Source: Kondoa subrosea
Lineage: Eukaryota
Assembly (NCBI GenBank): GCA_039545335.1
Contig: BCIN01000006.1
Location: forward strand, 1,306,958-1,370,957
Reading direction: 5' to 3'
DNA: 64,000 nt
This document shows positions 24,064 through 39,533 of this stretch, in pieces; positions within the stretch are counted from its first letter, which is position 1, and each line of letters starts with the position of its first letter. Made by a program: the position numbers and the translations under genes. Under the pieces are notes generated by a model. It worked only from the letters and a program-made list of their open reading frames with translations, was not told where the DNA came from and ran no database searches.

Positions 24064-25693
24064 ATGTCGACACAGTCGACTCCTGAAAAGGTGAAAAAAC
24101 GTGAGTTATCTCGAGGAAAAGCTCCTGCCTTTTTAGCAATGGGCTCACGTACATTATGCAGCTCTTCCTTTCGCCTGCAAGTGACTGCCAGTACTTCTGC
24201 ATATGCGAATGGACTCATGATTAGGAGAACAGATCAATTTGCAGCCGGTGCCATCGCGGGCGTGACAGAACTGTTATGTCTATATCCATTAGGTCGGTTT
24301 GTCAAGTGAAAGCAGTTCAATTGGAAACTAATGCTATGCAGATGTTGTGCGTCCAAGTGACTGCAGTAGCTTGCAACATTAAGATGCCTCTGCAGGTCAA
24401 GACAAGAATCCAACTGCAGACTAAGTCTTCTGGGACGAATTACACTGGCATGGTTGATTGTGAGTATATTTGTCTTCTGTTCCGACTCCTGTATGCTGAC
24501 ACAGGGCATTGAGGTTTTCGCCAAATAATTGCTCAGGAAGGGTATGTCTCACGCTGAATTTCCGCCGATTAGCCTTTTGCTTCTTATGCTTCAGGTTTGG
24601 GCGCCTCTATCGCGGTCTTGTGCCGCCTCTCATGCTAGAAGCCCCCAAACGAGCTGTTAAATTCTCCGCTAATGGGTCAAATCTCCAATAATTGCCGATT
24701 TTACACAGCTGATCCCGTTCTTTAGCTTCTGGGGAAATACATATAAAGAAGTATTCAACGCTCCTGCGATGACTCAGAACCTGTCTATCTTGACCGGATG
24801 CTCAGCTGGGGCGACCGAAGCAGTGGTGGTTGTTCCATTTGAGTCTGTCTTTTCGGTGACATCAACATACTATGTGTATCTTACAAAATCCTTTCCAGAC
24901 TTGTCAAGATTCGTTTACAAGACAAGGCTAGTACGTACAAAGGACCCTTGGACGTCGTAACGAGGATAGTGGCTTCAGATGGTCTGCTCGGTTTATACGC
25001 TGGATTGGAATCGACTATGTGGCGGCACATCATGTGGAGTGAGTTTTGTTCACAGTTGCTGTCAGGCCCATGTCCTAATGTTTCTAATCAAGATGGTGGA
25101 TACTTTGGTTGTATTTTCCAGGTCAAGGCAATGTTGCCCAAAGCCACTGTGCGTGTAGTGTCACAGTGAATGTTAGAGGGTCTGATGGATATTTGCGCTG
25201 TGGAAGACTCCTTCTGGCGAATGTCAGTACCTACAGTTTGTGCATACATGAAATTTTTAACGTTACCTTTTGAATAGTAAGTAATAACTTCGTTTCTGGA
25301 AGCGTGGGCGGATTCATTGGTACCGTGAGTCGCTGCCCCTGCGTTCCATCGGCTGCCTTGCTAAAATATACCCAACCTTTTTTTCCCCACGCAGGTATTG
25401 AATACTCCATGTACGAGCCGAGCAAGTCATGACGTCTGACAGCTGACAAGGCTTTAGTCGACGTGATCAAATCGCGCGTGCAGAATTCTCCAAAGGTGGC
25501 CGGACATCCGCCTAAGTACAATTGGACGCTACCATCTTTGCTGATCGTGGCACGCGAAGAGGGATTTGCAGCTCTGTACAAGGGCTTTCTGCCTAAAGTC
25601 CTGAGATTAGCCCCAGGAGGCGGCGTACTGCTATTGGTAGTGGAAGTTGTCGGAGGCTACTTTAGAACGAAACTTGGGGCAGAGTATCTCTAG
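24064..25693 (+). CDS. ODC1: Mitochondrial 2-oxodicarboxylate carrier, many small exons
   Basis: PLPFAYQFAAGAIAGVTELLCLYPLDVVKTRIQLQ; RLYRGLVPPLMLEAPKRAVKF; LYKGFLPKVLRLAPGGGVLLLV. Confidence 0.9.
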
Positions 25694-25724
25694 AATATTA
25701 CTACAATGCCTTGCATAAATGCAG

Positions 25725-26401
25725 CTATTTCTTTTTCCCTTCTTTACGCCGCAGTGTTTCCTTGTTAACGAATACACCCTTGGCCGGCATGTGAGCATTT
25801 CTGTCCGATTGCAAAGAGAACAGCTAACCTTTCCGTTGTACGGCTCTGGTCGTCGATGATGCCGGATGTCGCTGGCGAACTGCGCAACCTTGTCCTTCTC
25901 GATGCCCGTGAGCAGTATCTCATTCGATCCCCTCAGACTACATTCCACGCCTTCAGGTATTTGCATCATAATTGGGTTGGGGAAACCAAGCTTGATGTTC
26001 AAGATGCGTTCGCCATCAAACCCGGCCCTGTAGCCTACCCCCTTGAGCGTGACTGTCGAAGTATGACCAGTATTCACTCCTGTTATAGCATTTGCTATTA
26101 GCGTCCTGTATAGACCCCACTGCTCCCGTTGAGGCTTCGCCGTTGAATTGAAGATATTCACAGCCAATTGAGTCTCGTTGGTCCACCTTAATGTAAGGAA
26201 TTTCGGTACTGTTACTTGAACCTGACCACGAGGACCAGCGATTGAGACGGCATGTGCAGGTGACTCGGCAATTACTGTGCCAGCTGGAACAAATATAGAT
26301 GTGCTGCCAATATGTGATTCGCGATAGGCTTGGACAAATTGCCTGGCCGATAGACGACCTCGCCAGTTTGCAATGGCTTGTTCTGCCTTATATGCTAACA
26401 T
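25725..26401 (-). CDS. MRPL6: Mitochondrial ribosomal protein L6 (uL6m, 'RibL6')
   Basis: SHIGSTSI, WGLYRTLIANAITGV, LKGVGYRA, RRPEPYNGK|GVFVNKETLRRKEGKKK*. Confidence 0.92.
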
Positions 26402-26772
26402 TGCGCAGCAGTGAGATGCTGCTCGGAACTTGAAGCGGTCTGATTAAATGACTTTGGCAGTTTGGAAGGAAGGCCTGTCGGTACCGTACTCGGTAAGGCA
26501 AGTGATACACTAAGGCTAATTCCTGTATTTTGCCTGTGCCCCTTCACCAGCTTCACTCTAAGCCGTGTCAATGCCCTGTTCTGAAAGGGAGTCCTCGAAC
26601 TCGTTCTGTTTGGCACGTAGCCGATGTATAGGTCATTTATCCTCATAACACACGAAGAAGCACAGTGTACGAGGAACAGTATGAATACAAAGAATACATT
26701 GCATTGAACGCCGATGGTGGTCAGCCATTCCAGCGCCTTTGCGTCTAAAATGCAAATAGGATATCGATAATA

Positions 26773-29376
<2,604 letters not shown>

Positions 29377-29852
29377 TGATGGTGGTCACTGGTATTCGAC
29401 TGGGCGAGCCGTACATCAATGAAAATTGACAGTCATAAGAGTGCCATATCAGGCGAAAGGTTCACTCTTAAACAGCGAACTCGACATCCTTCAAGCTTTG
29501 CCATGCAGCGGTTATTGTCTACCGTCAGCCTAAACGTCTATTACACATTGCGTTGTAACTTTGATCTTTCCGCTGCCGTACCAGGTTGAGCCGGATGACA
29601 ATGACCAGTAATCCCGTGTGCCACAATGCCTTCCGAGGTGCCAAGCCGAGAGGCTACAGTATACGGCTACACTACCCATTCCAAGGTTCGCTTATAATTG
29701 AGCAGAAACCAGCGAATTTGCGGCAAATGATGGTTGCCATGCAGATTCAGCTGTAGATGATCTTTAGATGCCTCAGACGGGAAGCTGGTCCGATGAACTA
29801 ACAAAAATTTTAGGCTGCGTCTTTAATCCAAAATTGAAACTCGGAAGCGTTG

Positions 29853-30272
29853 CTAGCCGAAGCGCCGCAATATCGACATGACTTCTACATTCAAATTGAC
29901 TGTGAAATGGTTCACTGAGCCGTCCGCTTCTTCCATACTTCTCTTGAGATAATTAGCATTGATTTCGTTAACGACCGAAAACCGAAGACCAAGATGTCCC
30001 TTGGAAAGGCCACAAAACCCATGCAAGATGCGAAGACACCCCTTAGTAGAATTGAAAACGGGAAACGCAGTCGTTGACAAACAGTATCGTTCGAAATCAG
30101 AAAGTCTGTGATTACCGCGACAGAATCTGTCGTCTTCTCCATAGATTGATACGCTCGGCATCAAGATGCTCGAGGTGCGGCTTCTAGAGGATGCTCGACG
30201 CTCTTTTGATGTCTCCTGGAAAGATAGGAGACACCTGAGCAGAATCGTGAGTAACAGCCTTCGATCGGACAT
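29853..30272 (-). CDS. Hypothetical ORF, no recognisable family
   Basis: 139-aa open frame just downstream of PER1; no motif recognised. Confidence 0.2.
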   Translation of the reverse strand: MSDRRLLLTILLRCLLSFQETSKERRASSRSRTSSILMPSVSIYGEDDRFCRGNHRLSDFERYCLSTTAFPVFNSTKGCLRILHGFCGLSKGHLGLRFSVVNEINANYLKRSMEEADGSVNHFTVNLNVEVMSILRRFG

Positions 30273-30316
30273 TATATCACTATGCTTACGAGAGCTTCCT
30301 TCCTCAGCGCATACTT

Positions 30317-31315
30317 CTATGGCCGTCCCGCCCCCTTATAAATCGCCATAGTCCCTTCGCTCTCGCTCAACAACAACCATACAGCGTCTCTTAAATACAC
30401 TGAGTACCACCACGGAATAATGAAGACGGTGCTTGCATGCCACAAGGCGTGGGCGTCCACTATACGCGCCACTGGTGCGAAGTCGAAAATTTCTAGCGTC
30501 ATGGCTACGGTGAGAGCTGATAAAGTTACGACCGGGCGCCATAAATGTGGTGGCCGGTATCTCTTAGCTGTGTAGATTAGATGCCACGCTGCCCATCCAT
30601 ACCAAAGCAGATTGTGCAGAAGTCCGACGGTGATGTTCAATCGCAGATTATAGGCATAATCGAAGATCCAAAAGGTGAGATACGAGCAATGGCCAATGTA
30701 AATTATGCCTAAGATAGTCAGAAGAATGCCGCTGGCGATCGCGCTATGATAAAGTCGAAGGATGCGAATGATGGCAATGTAGAGCGTTGCCAGCATGGTT
30801 AAGGTGGCTGTGTAGTAATCCATCTTCTCCGTGACATTATTATCGCGGGTATGGAATATTGCAGACGAAATCCAAGCTAGTGCGGCTGTCCTGGGATACA
30901 GCCAGAGCGAAGCCTTTAGTCTGCGCGGCAGTGCTACAGGAAGCTCATGTCGCAATCGCTTGGCCCCCGTAATATGCGCTGCGAGATTGGCCAAAGAAAG
31001 CAGAACCGAGGCTGGCTCTTGCATGCCCAAAAACCTTCTGAATGGCCATTTCCCATGAAATTGGACCATTCGATGAGGTGGCAAGCCTTGCAGAGCGACC
31101 CCAGCCAGAGCAGCATCCGTTAGCTGTTGCTGGCAGCGATATCGACAATCATCCAAGCAGGACCATAAGGTGAGACGTAAGGGCAGTTCCAAGCGGCACT
31201 GATTGGGCGATTCGATACAGCTAGCTACGCAGTTGATGTATGCAGGTGAACGATCACCTATCGAAGCAGCTGCAGCAGCGGCTTGCAGAAGCACCAGCCA
31301 AACAATCATCGACAT
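30317..31315 (-). CDS. PER1: Per1/PGAP3 GPI-remodelling protein
   Basis: Signal peptide then ASIGDRSPAYINCV; WSCLDDCRYRC; QFHGKWPFRRFLGMQEPASVLLSLAN; FHTRD; DAHALWHAST. Confidence 0.94.
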   Translation of the reverse strand: MSMIVWLVLLQAAAAAASIGDRSPAYINCVASCIESPNQCRLELPLRLTLWSCLDDCRYRCQQQLTDAALAGVALQGLPPHRMVQFHGKWPFRRFLGMQEPASVLLSLANLAAHITGAKRLRHELPVALPRRLKASLWLYPRTAALAWISSAIFHTRDNNVTEKMDYYTATLTMLATLYIAIIRILRLYHSAIASGILLTILGIIYIGHCSYLTFWIFDYAYNLRLNITVGLLHNLLWYGWAAWHLIYTAKRYRPPHLWRPVVTLSALTVAMTLEIFDFAPVARIVDAHALWHASTVFIIPWWYSVYLRDAVWLLLSESEGTMAIYKGAGRP

Positions 31316-31357
31316 CGCTGTTGAAAGAAAATTTGAATTATCTGGCTCAAACTCAAC

Positions 31358-32063
31358 ATGCGACGGGTCTCTCGTATATGGCAAAATCGTTGCTACTCTA
31401 CAGCTTCGCATGAAGCTGCTAAGGACAAGCTCTTCGTAAATCAAAGCTATCGTGGCAGCTGGAATCCTGAGCAATACCGACCCCTCGTGCAGGCGAATAG
31501 TGGAACTTGGCGCAAGACGCATTCTTCTATACCTGCAGAGACAATGCTGGAGCTTGTGTTCGGCGCAACTCAGCAGCGCCTTCTTCCGCAATCCGCAAGT
31601 CGGCACAGAGAGTCCTTGATGCAAGTCACCACAGGACTGATACACATCCCGGTTGTTACCTATCCAGGCATATTCATTGTTCGTACGTCCGGATCAAGGC
31701 TACATTTGCGATCAAGTACAATGCTCATTCTGCTTGGTCTTTCCAGAGTCGCGCCAAAGCAACAAGCTAGCAACATTCGCGGAGCAACGACAGCAGAAGC
31801 TTCAAGACTGTCCCTCAGCTATGATAGCCCCTAGCATGGACAGCAGCCCACTAGCTATCAGTATGGACAGTGTCAAAAGAAAGAGAAAAACCAAGGTGGG
31901 CTGCTTGATCACGCGGGCTACGTTCCTTAATCCTGCTGCCAGATGTCAAAACACAAGTAAGCTGATTTACGCTTGGCTTCTCGACTTCGTCAGGCTTATT
32001 GAATCCAGATACAAAAAGCGTCGAAAGGTTCAGAAAGCAATGCGCAGGCGTCAGGGCAAATGA
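31358..32063 (+). CDS. COX24: Mitochondrial ribosomal protein mS38/Cox24-like (DUF1713 C-terminus)
   Basis: N-terminal MRRVSRIWQNRCYST presequence; spliced C-terminus MDSVKRKRKTK|MSKHK|YKKRRKVQKAMRRRQGK* with a 14-nt exon at 31943-31956. Confidence 0.75.
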
Positions 32064-33575
32064 TTTCCTTCAAATGTGTAACATCATATTATGGAATGAT
32101 ACGCTAGCAATGGCTGACATACAATTTACATACAATCTCAACTATTGCAAGCTGTACTGTTTCCCCCTCTGAAGGCCACGTCTGCTTGCCAACTTTCATC
32201 AGTAGAGGGGTGAGACGTACGTGAGACCCATAAAGAGGAGGACGCTTGGAGTCGCGCATTACCGCTTCTAAGTTGGCGACGACTCGGACAATTTTGCGAC
32301 ACATAACCGAACGTTCTTGATATCAATGGTCAATAAATCAGCTTCATCTGGAAGAGCCACAGAAGAAGAGCAGTAGGTAGCATCGGCACGGATTTGTGCC
32401 ATTTGCTGATCTCATCATACGTTCAGTATCAAGGCATCTAGTTACCTGTCATGGCAAGCTGTAGCAGATGATCCAAATCTCGAAGTTTGGGCGATACGCT
32501 GTCCAGCAGGAGTTACTCCTCCTTTCGACGCCATTTGCTACCCACTAATTCCTTCAATCAGATCAAATCTACTCACCTGGAAAAGATCGCTTGGCTGAAC
32601 GACTTCACTGGCGATCTCAAAGCTCGACAGAACACTTACACCATTGAAAGACAACGGGAGCCATCAACAAGTCCTTCCTCAGATTCGCGTGCGGAACTAC
32701 CTCAATTGAAGGTGCTTCTACCATTTGATAGCCAAGCACGTTCTGGTTACCGGATAAGTCAGCCTGCCCTTCACATCCTCCTCCATACCGGCTCACGTCT
32801 AATATAGATGTCGCAACGATCAAGACTCTGCTGGTGAAGCAAGTCGTGGACCTATAGCAGCAGTAGCAGTAATTGGAACTTTGCACACAGCCAGAACAGC
32901 CTTTCTTGCATTGCGCAGAGCTTCATGTACCGCAAAAACCTGTTTTGTCACAGTTTTTGACTGCCTGAACCGGTCCCTCGCTCGGTGAACAACCAATTGG
33001 GCTTTGTTCGTGTCTCACCCCTTGCTCTTCGTATGCACTACCGCTTTGCGAAGGCGTGCATTTGATAGGCAGCCTCTTTATCTCGCATGCCTCATTTCTG
33101 CCGCTTAATATACGCCCGTACTTAGAGTACCTATGTGACGCAAAGGAGTCCAAGAGTTGAATTTCGTGAGGCAGCTGATATCAGCGCGGAGAGGACGAGT
33201 TCAATTGCAAATTCAGCCAACATCAGTCAATAATAGTCAAATCAATTCTCATCTCTTGGAGAATTCGCAAGCCTTCTAAATTTAATAACCACGACAAATT
33301 CGTGAACTCCTGTCCATGTTACGAAGCTCGCCTGTTTGCTGCAATCGGGTAGCACGAGCATTGGAAGATCTGGAGCGCTTCCGATATTAATTTGTTTCGA
33401 CTCTTCCTTCCTACGGGAGCATCCGAACAACATTTGCTTCACTTACAATTCTTGGTAAGAATAAGATCAATGGTGTAGAATACGATTGACAATGAGGAAT
33501 TTATAAAAGCAATACGAGAGCACAGATCTATGCCCATTAAGGTAGCGTATTGTGAGTTTCTCGCATTATGCAGCA

Positions 33576-34868
33576 TCAAATCAGACAAGATTTCAGCCGC
33601 TGGGCTTCCACTCTGCATCGTTGCACTTTAAAGCGGAAAACTGCAACGGCCTGAATGAGTAACGCTTGAGCTGAATATTGGCCGGCAGCTTCGACAGTGA
33701 CTAAATTTGTAATAAGATGCTCCTGTGTTCAATTGATAGTACAGGGCTAGACTCACAGATGAAATGGTCCCGTTTACGCCCCAGACGAACTTTGTCCTCA
33801 AAGTGCGGATACCGCAATACTTCTCGACTCACAGTGTCCAGTCTGGTATTAGCCACAGATGCAGTGGGGACGCCCTTCGAGTCCCTGACAAGCTGAATGA
33901 CGCCAACTGGGAAACACTGGGCAAAAGCGACGCATTGCTCTGGGGGTATTGGCTGAATGATTTCGATGGAAGGGAGCAAGCGATAAGATGCTGTCGCTGC
34001 ATGACCCGGAAATGATCAAGCTCGTCAGAAGCGTGAGTGACCGCTGGCTTACCGACAGGAGACCATTTCGCGTGGTCTTTTCCAGTACCTTTCTGACAAT
34101 GCATTTCGCAAACTATCTCTTGACCAGGGCGCATTTTGGCAAGTAGAATATCGTCATTCACTGCCTTAGGTGTACTTTGAAACCGAACATGCTGGTCGCC
34201 TTTGGGAGCGAACAGAATATCTCGAGAATAGACTGCAGGCTTAGTGAACAGACGATCTGGCTCCGTTTCCTCTTCGCGTGGGTTGCTGAGACGATCACAC
34301 GCCGCAGCCAGCTTGAAAACAACGGTATTTGCGTCATTCGGAACAGCATTAGCTGAATGTAGAAGTAAGCGACAATCAGCAAGTTTTAGCTGACTGTGTG
34401 TCCGGAGCGCTCACATTGTCGCCACTCCACCAGCTCCGGATCACACAAGATTGGTATCAAGCCCAGTCTCTGTGCTAAAACTTCGTCTTGTACCAGCGAT
34501 GTGTTGATCCATATGTATACATGCTCGATCGCGACCGTGGGTATCTGAGATAACACAGTTTTCCTGCTGAGGATGCGGGTGCAACGCAGAAAGTTAACCC
34601 ACCTCTGCAATTAAAATGCGCCGGAGCGCATTGGCAACAGATGCGTCGATGCCAATCAGGTCGAATTCTATATGATCGGGCGAGAGGTGGATGATGCGCG
34701 CGAGAAAGCTGGCTTCAAAATCAGCAATGTCCCATGACTGATCATAAGCCGGCGAGGAGATCTGGGTGCAGAGATCATCGGGGTTGAGAAAGTTTTCCAG
34801 TTTCGAGGAAACAAGCTTACATTGCCAATTTTCTCGCGGCCCAGCGCCACATGAGTCGCAGATTCCAT
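33576..34868 (-). CDS. RPC40: RNA polymerase I/III subunit AC40 (RPAC1)
   Basis: FDLIGIDASVANALRRILIAE|IPTVAIEHVYIWINTSLVQDEVLAQRLGLIP; DILLAKMRPGQEI; GKDHAKWSPV; DTVSREVLRYP. Confidence 0.94.
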
Positions 34869-34999
34869 CAAGTCACCAGTGTAGACGTCTTAGCAAGTAA
34901 GCAACTCTGCTGTATGGCTGACAGGTTGGACGTTCGTGACGAATCCGTGTCGACTGAACCTCGAGTAGAATTTGTGTTCTCTGTCATCTTAAGACAGCC

Positions 35000-37017
35000 A
35001 TGTCCCGGATAATTGTTAAGGGTCTATCCGCCAGTACCGATGAGCAAGTTTTGCGCGATTTCTTTGCCCAGGCCGATGGAACGTCAGACATTACCGATGT
35101 GAAAATTATGCGAACAAAAGATGGTATATCTCGACATATGGGGTTTGTTGGGTTCGAGCAGAAGGACAGTGGTCATCAAGCGCAGCGGCGTCATCACGGG
35201 GCATATCTAGATGGAACCAGAATAAGTATAGCTGCCGCGACCCAGGTATAGTTCTGCTTTCCTACTTCGGCGCCAGTGCTTACATGCCCGCAGCCAGTGC
35301 TTACAGCGAAAGGTCACCATCTCAAGCGAGAAGCGGTCACTTCCAGCTACCTCAGCGTTCCTCCTGCCATATTCGCCAATGTATCGGAAGACGAATCTGA
35401 TGCTGAATATGCAAATAAGCGCAAAAAGCAGAAACTCACCCCGTCTACACACGATACCAGTGTGTCAGCTGCTCAGAGCGCATCTGAATGGTCCGATTCG
35501 TCTTCTATGGGCGCGCGGCTCTTCTTGCGAAACCTGCCTTTCACCATCACCGAAGAAGCCATAGCTGCACATTTTCATAAGATCGATCCGGACTGCAAAG
35601 TTCATCTTCCACGGCGGTCTGTGTCAGAGCAGCCTCGCTCAATTGGCATAGCTTTTGTACAATGCTCTAGTACACAGAAAGCGCAGGAAGCTTTGACACA
35701 TCTGGATAAGTCTTGCCTGCTGGGCAGATTGTTGCATATCATGCATGCTGTCGAGAAAGAGCAATTGCACGGAACCCCCGCAGCTCGACTATCTTTTCCG
35801 ATGAACGCATGGTCGACGACTGGTTCTAATTCGGAACCGCCCGAAAGCAACACAGAGTATGGCTTGCCATTGCTCTTGAATGTGAGTATCTGTTCTGCTT
35901 ACGTCACCGATTGCTGATGGACTTGCTACCGCAGCCGGATACAGTGGGAACCCTTGCAGCACGACGTTTGGGACTCGAGAAAGGGACGTTCATCGACGCC
36001 TCTGCTGCGGACACTTCTGTCCGCCTTGCTGTAGCAGAAACTCAATTACTGGCTGAAACACGCAACTACCTTTTGGCACATGGAATACAGGTGGCAGTCC
36101 TCGGTCGTAAATCGAAGCCTTCCTCCGACACGTTGTTAGTGAAGAACATACCGCCCAACGTAACAGAGGCAACGCTCAAAGCATTGTTCTTGCGCCATGG
36201 TCCCATAGCGCGATTGGTGATGCCACCTTCCGCTGCTGTCGCATTTGTACAAATGCGTGAGACGACAGCAGCTGCATCTGCCGCTCGTTATTTGCCATAC
36301 CAGAAGTTAGCCAACGGTGTCTTGTATGTGGAGAAGGCACCCAGGAACATTTGGTCAAATATCGCTCCTGTTCAAGATAGCAGCGTAATCGATCTAAGCG
36401 TGGATCTGGCGTCTGTCCAGACACCTTCCAGAACCCTGCATGTCCACAACATTTCCTTCTGCACCACGCAAGAAAGTTTTGCCCGCATATGTAACGCCTG
36501 GCCAGGATGCACTTTCGCTCGCATACACACCAAACCTTCACATGTACATTCGGGCAAGTTGTCAGCGGGGTATGGATTTATCGGGTTTAAAACGGTTGAG
36601 CAAGCGCAAGCTGCCATTAGGGGCTTGGCTGGAATAACGGAAGATGATCATACGTGGCGACTCACGTATTCCAGTCAGGAAGAGACAAACTCAAAATTTG
36701 AAGCAGTGAGTTATGGACGATCTGATCAAACTAAATTAGCCATCAAGAATTTGCCTTTTGAAAGCACAAAGCGAGAGATCCGTCAGCTATTCGGGTAAGC
36801 GATATCACTAAGTAGCAAATCCAGCTCACATCGTTATTACAGTGCCTACGGAACGATCAAAAGCATACGATTGCCCTGCGACGGCAAAGGGCGTAGCCGG
36901 GGTTTTGCATTCATTGATTTTGCGACAAGTCGGGACGCATCTTCTGCTTATGAAGCGCTGCAACATACACATTTACTTGGACGCCATCTGATCATTCAAT
37001 ATGAATCGAGTCTATAG
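35000..37017 (+). CDS. MRD1: Multiple-RRM pre-rRNA processing protein Mrd1
   Basis: Five RRMs: SRIIVKGL, RLFLRNLPF, TLLVKNIP, TLHVHNISF and KLAIKNLPFESTKREIRQLF. Also SVRLAVAETQL and HTHLLGRHL. Confidence 0.88.
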
Positions 37018-37063
37018 CACAGCAACATCCATGTAGTCCTGTTTACCATGTGTAATGACGAGT

Positions 37064-38935
37064 CTATGCCTTCGTTTGAGTGATTTCGTGGAACAGCTCG
37101 GCGGTGTGGATTCGACTGCCGAGCCTGGCGCAAAGTAGGAAGCAGCCAGACAATTTGCGATTAAGGCTGTACGTTTCGTTCGGTGGAGGCTTCAAGCGGT
37201 GACGGAGCATAATGGGAATTTGCGCTCGCACGCGGTCGGTAATGGTTTGATCTTTGAAATTATACGTTGTAGTGCGAAAAGGTTCCGCCAAAGCCAGGAG
37301 AGTAGTCACATGTGCAGCTAGCATCAGCTGTCCGCACAAATCAGGCTGTCCAGGCGAAAACCCCTCGATAAGCTGACCTGATTTTCTTCGCCAGTCAGAT
37401 ACCCTATTTCTCTGGAAACATCGAAACATGTCGCTTCGTCTTGGTCGATAGCCGCCTGCAAGAGGCGATGGAACAGATTGACAAAGGCTGTGGGAAAAGC
37501 CTGGCAGGCTCCAAAATCGATCAATTCGACCTGTGGCACAAATATTAGCACATCCACCTGTTAGACACGGGACAACAGACCTGGGACGTGGAACTATTCC
37601 ATAAAAAGTTGCTCCAATTGGGATCCGTTTGCATAAAGCAGAACTGAAATACCTCTTGCAGGCACAAGCGCATAACATTGTGACCAATCTGATCAAGCAT
37701 CAGCTAATGTGATCTGCTACAGAAAGAAATTTTTACCAGATCGCGCTGAGTTTGCGTCAGGCCCCGAACCCGACTCAGCGGTATTCCTTTCATGCGCTCC
37801 GTTGAAAGCACTTGACCTGAGCTCAGATCATCGATGACACGAGGTACTCTAAATGCTTGGTTGCCATGCAGTAGCTGAGCGAAATATTTGGTAGAACGGG
37901 CTTCTCGCGCATAATCACATTCTTCTAGCAACTCTTTCTCCATGACTTTAATTGTATTGTCCAAGTATAAGCCCCGCGGCAGTATGGCAGATGCGGTTAA
38001 CAGGAGCCTCAAATTTCGCAGGTCAGAGGCAATGGATTTTGCGACTCCGGGAAATTGGACTTTCAATACTATATCTGTTCCATCGTTGCGCAGCCGAGCT
38101 GAATGAACTTGACCGATGGACGCCGCCGCCATGGGGACAGCATCGAATGAAGATAATTTTTCTTGCCAATTGCTGCCGAGCGATTGTTGCAACACTTGTG
38201 CGGATTGCCATGCTGGCATATAGTCGGCCGTCCTTTGCAGTTCCGCAAATATAGCCTCAAGTTCAGGAGGCAGCGTTTGGGCATCTTGCAGATCAATTTT
38301 CAGCGGGGATGGTACACTAGAAGATGTTACGGATTTTACCTTGAATACTCAGGAATTGGCCCATCTTCAGTGCAGCACCCCGCATGCGTGATAATTTGCT
38401 GACGAGACGGCGTATGTTGCCCTCAGATAGCAACACAGACGATGTAGCACGCCGAGTGGACTCAGAGGCAGGTACCAATGAGCGACGAAGCGTTTCCGAA
38501 GCCGCACCGAAGGCAATTGAAGATGCGAGCCCTTGACATTGAGCCTATCAGCAACTTGTGCACTACTGGAATCTCGCGAGCTCACCACCATAATGCGCCA
38601 TACGAGCTAATCGAGACGAAGGGACGGCAGAAGCTCTGATCGGCCGTGGAGGGTCAACCAAAGATTCATTATCAGACAACAATTGGATTGCCGGAACATC
38701 GTTCAGCTCCTGCCTTGCTACAGCTGTGACACTGCCGCGACAAATGCCTTTGAGGGATTTGCCAGCTTCACAACGTACGAGAGGCTTTCAGCAAAAGAGA
38801 TGAGCAATGCTGAGACCCACCTTTGTGTTCGCGAGCCTTGACAGGATTGGGCGCATTCTTCCTCAAAAAGGATGACCGCCCGGCCGACGTGCATAAGTTG
38901 ACAAAATCTAGGCAAAGATGGGCAGGGCTGGTCAT
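37064..38935 (-). CDS. COQ8: ABC1/COQ8 atypical kinase; start approximate
   Basis: VPSSRLARMAHYGG, LSRMRGAALKMGQFLSIQ, AAASIGQVH, MQTDPNWSNF, LIDFGA, RHRLKPPPNETYSLNRKLSG. Confidence 0.92.
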
Positions 38936-39082
38936 GATTTCACGGCAACAATATTTTAAACTGCAATCCTTGGATAACCTTAATCCCGTAGAATTCAAAT
39001 CAGCCAAACCCTTGATCTCTCTTTACACAAACGATTACTATTACAAGTGGCACAATCTTGCTCTCAAGTCCCTTCCGAGTCA

Positions 39083-39526
39083 ATGAAAGCCTTCGCAGAT
39101 TGGGCGGAGTTCTCTGAAAGCGCAATCGCTTTGCAATCGCAATCGCAGACACAAAAGGTTCGCCACGGCGTCGCAATAGTCGACAAGGTCTGAGCTGGTT
39201 TCCGATGATCAGCAGATTCGTTTCTGTACGAGGTTCAATCGGGGTCAATTGAGTCTCAAGGTAATGGGTGATGCTGGAGTGCGATAAAGTTTGCAAAACT
39301 CATATTGCGAACTGCACTGATTTCGTGGCTCTAGGTTTTGCTTTTCAAGACACGCCAAAGTCTCTTTCTAAACCGCTTCCATGTGCTTCAACATCACCTG
39401 GCGTTGTCAATGCGAGGGTCGATGATCAATCTCAAGGTCCATTCCCACTCCCATACAGCATCCCTTCAGCCCAATACTGTCACCGCTAAAGCTAACAGAA
39501 ATAGAAGGAAGCATCAACGGAAGTAA
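39083..39526 (+). CDS. Signal recognition particle Alu-domain subunit SRP9/Srp21-like (3 exons)
   Basis: Spliced MKAFADWAEFSESAIALQSQSQTQK|IRFCTRFNRGQLSLKVMGDAG|VLLFKTRQSLFLNRF... follows the SRP9 pattern W.EF...R...LKV.D...L.FKT; basic C-terminus. Confidence 0.65.
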
Positions 39527-39533
39527 GCATAAC

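Noticed and set aside
30317..31315. Multi-TM protein near STE20 as a candidate pheromone receptor
   Set aside because: Motifs (QFHGKWPF, FHTRD, DAHALWH) identify Per1/PGAP3, not STE3.
31316..31645. 110-aa N-terminal extension of the PER1 ORF
   Set aside because: The signal peptide starts at ATG 31315; the extension is antisense to the first exon of the COX24-like gene.
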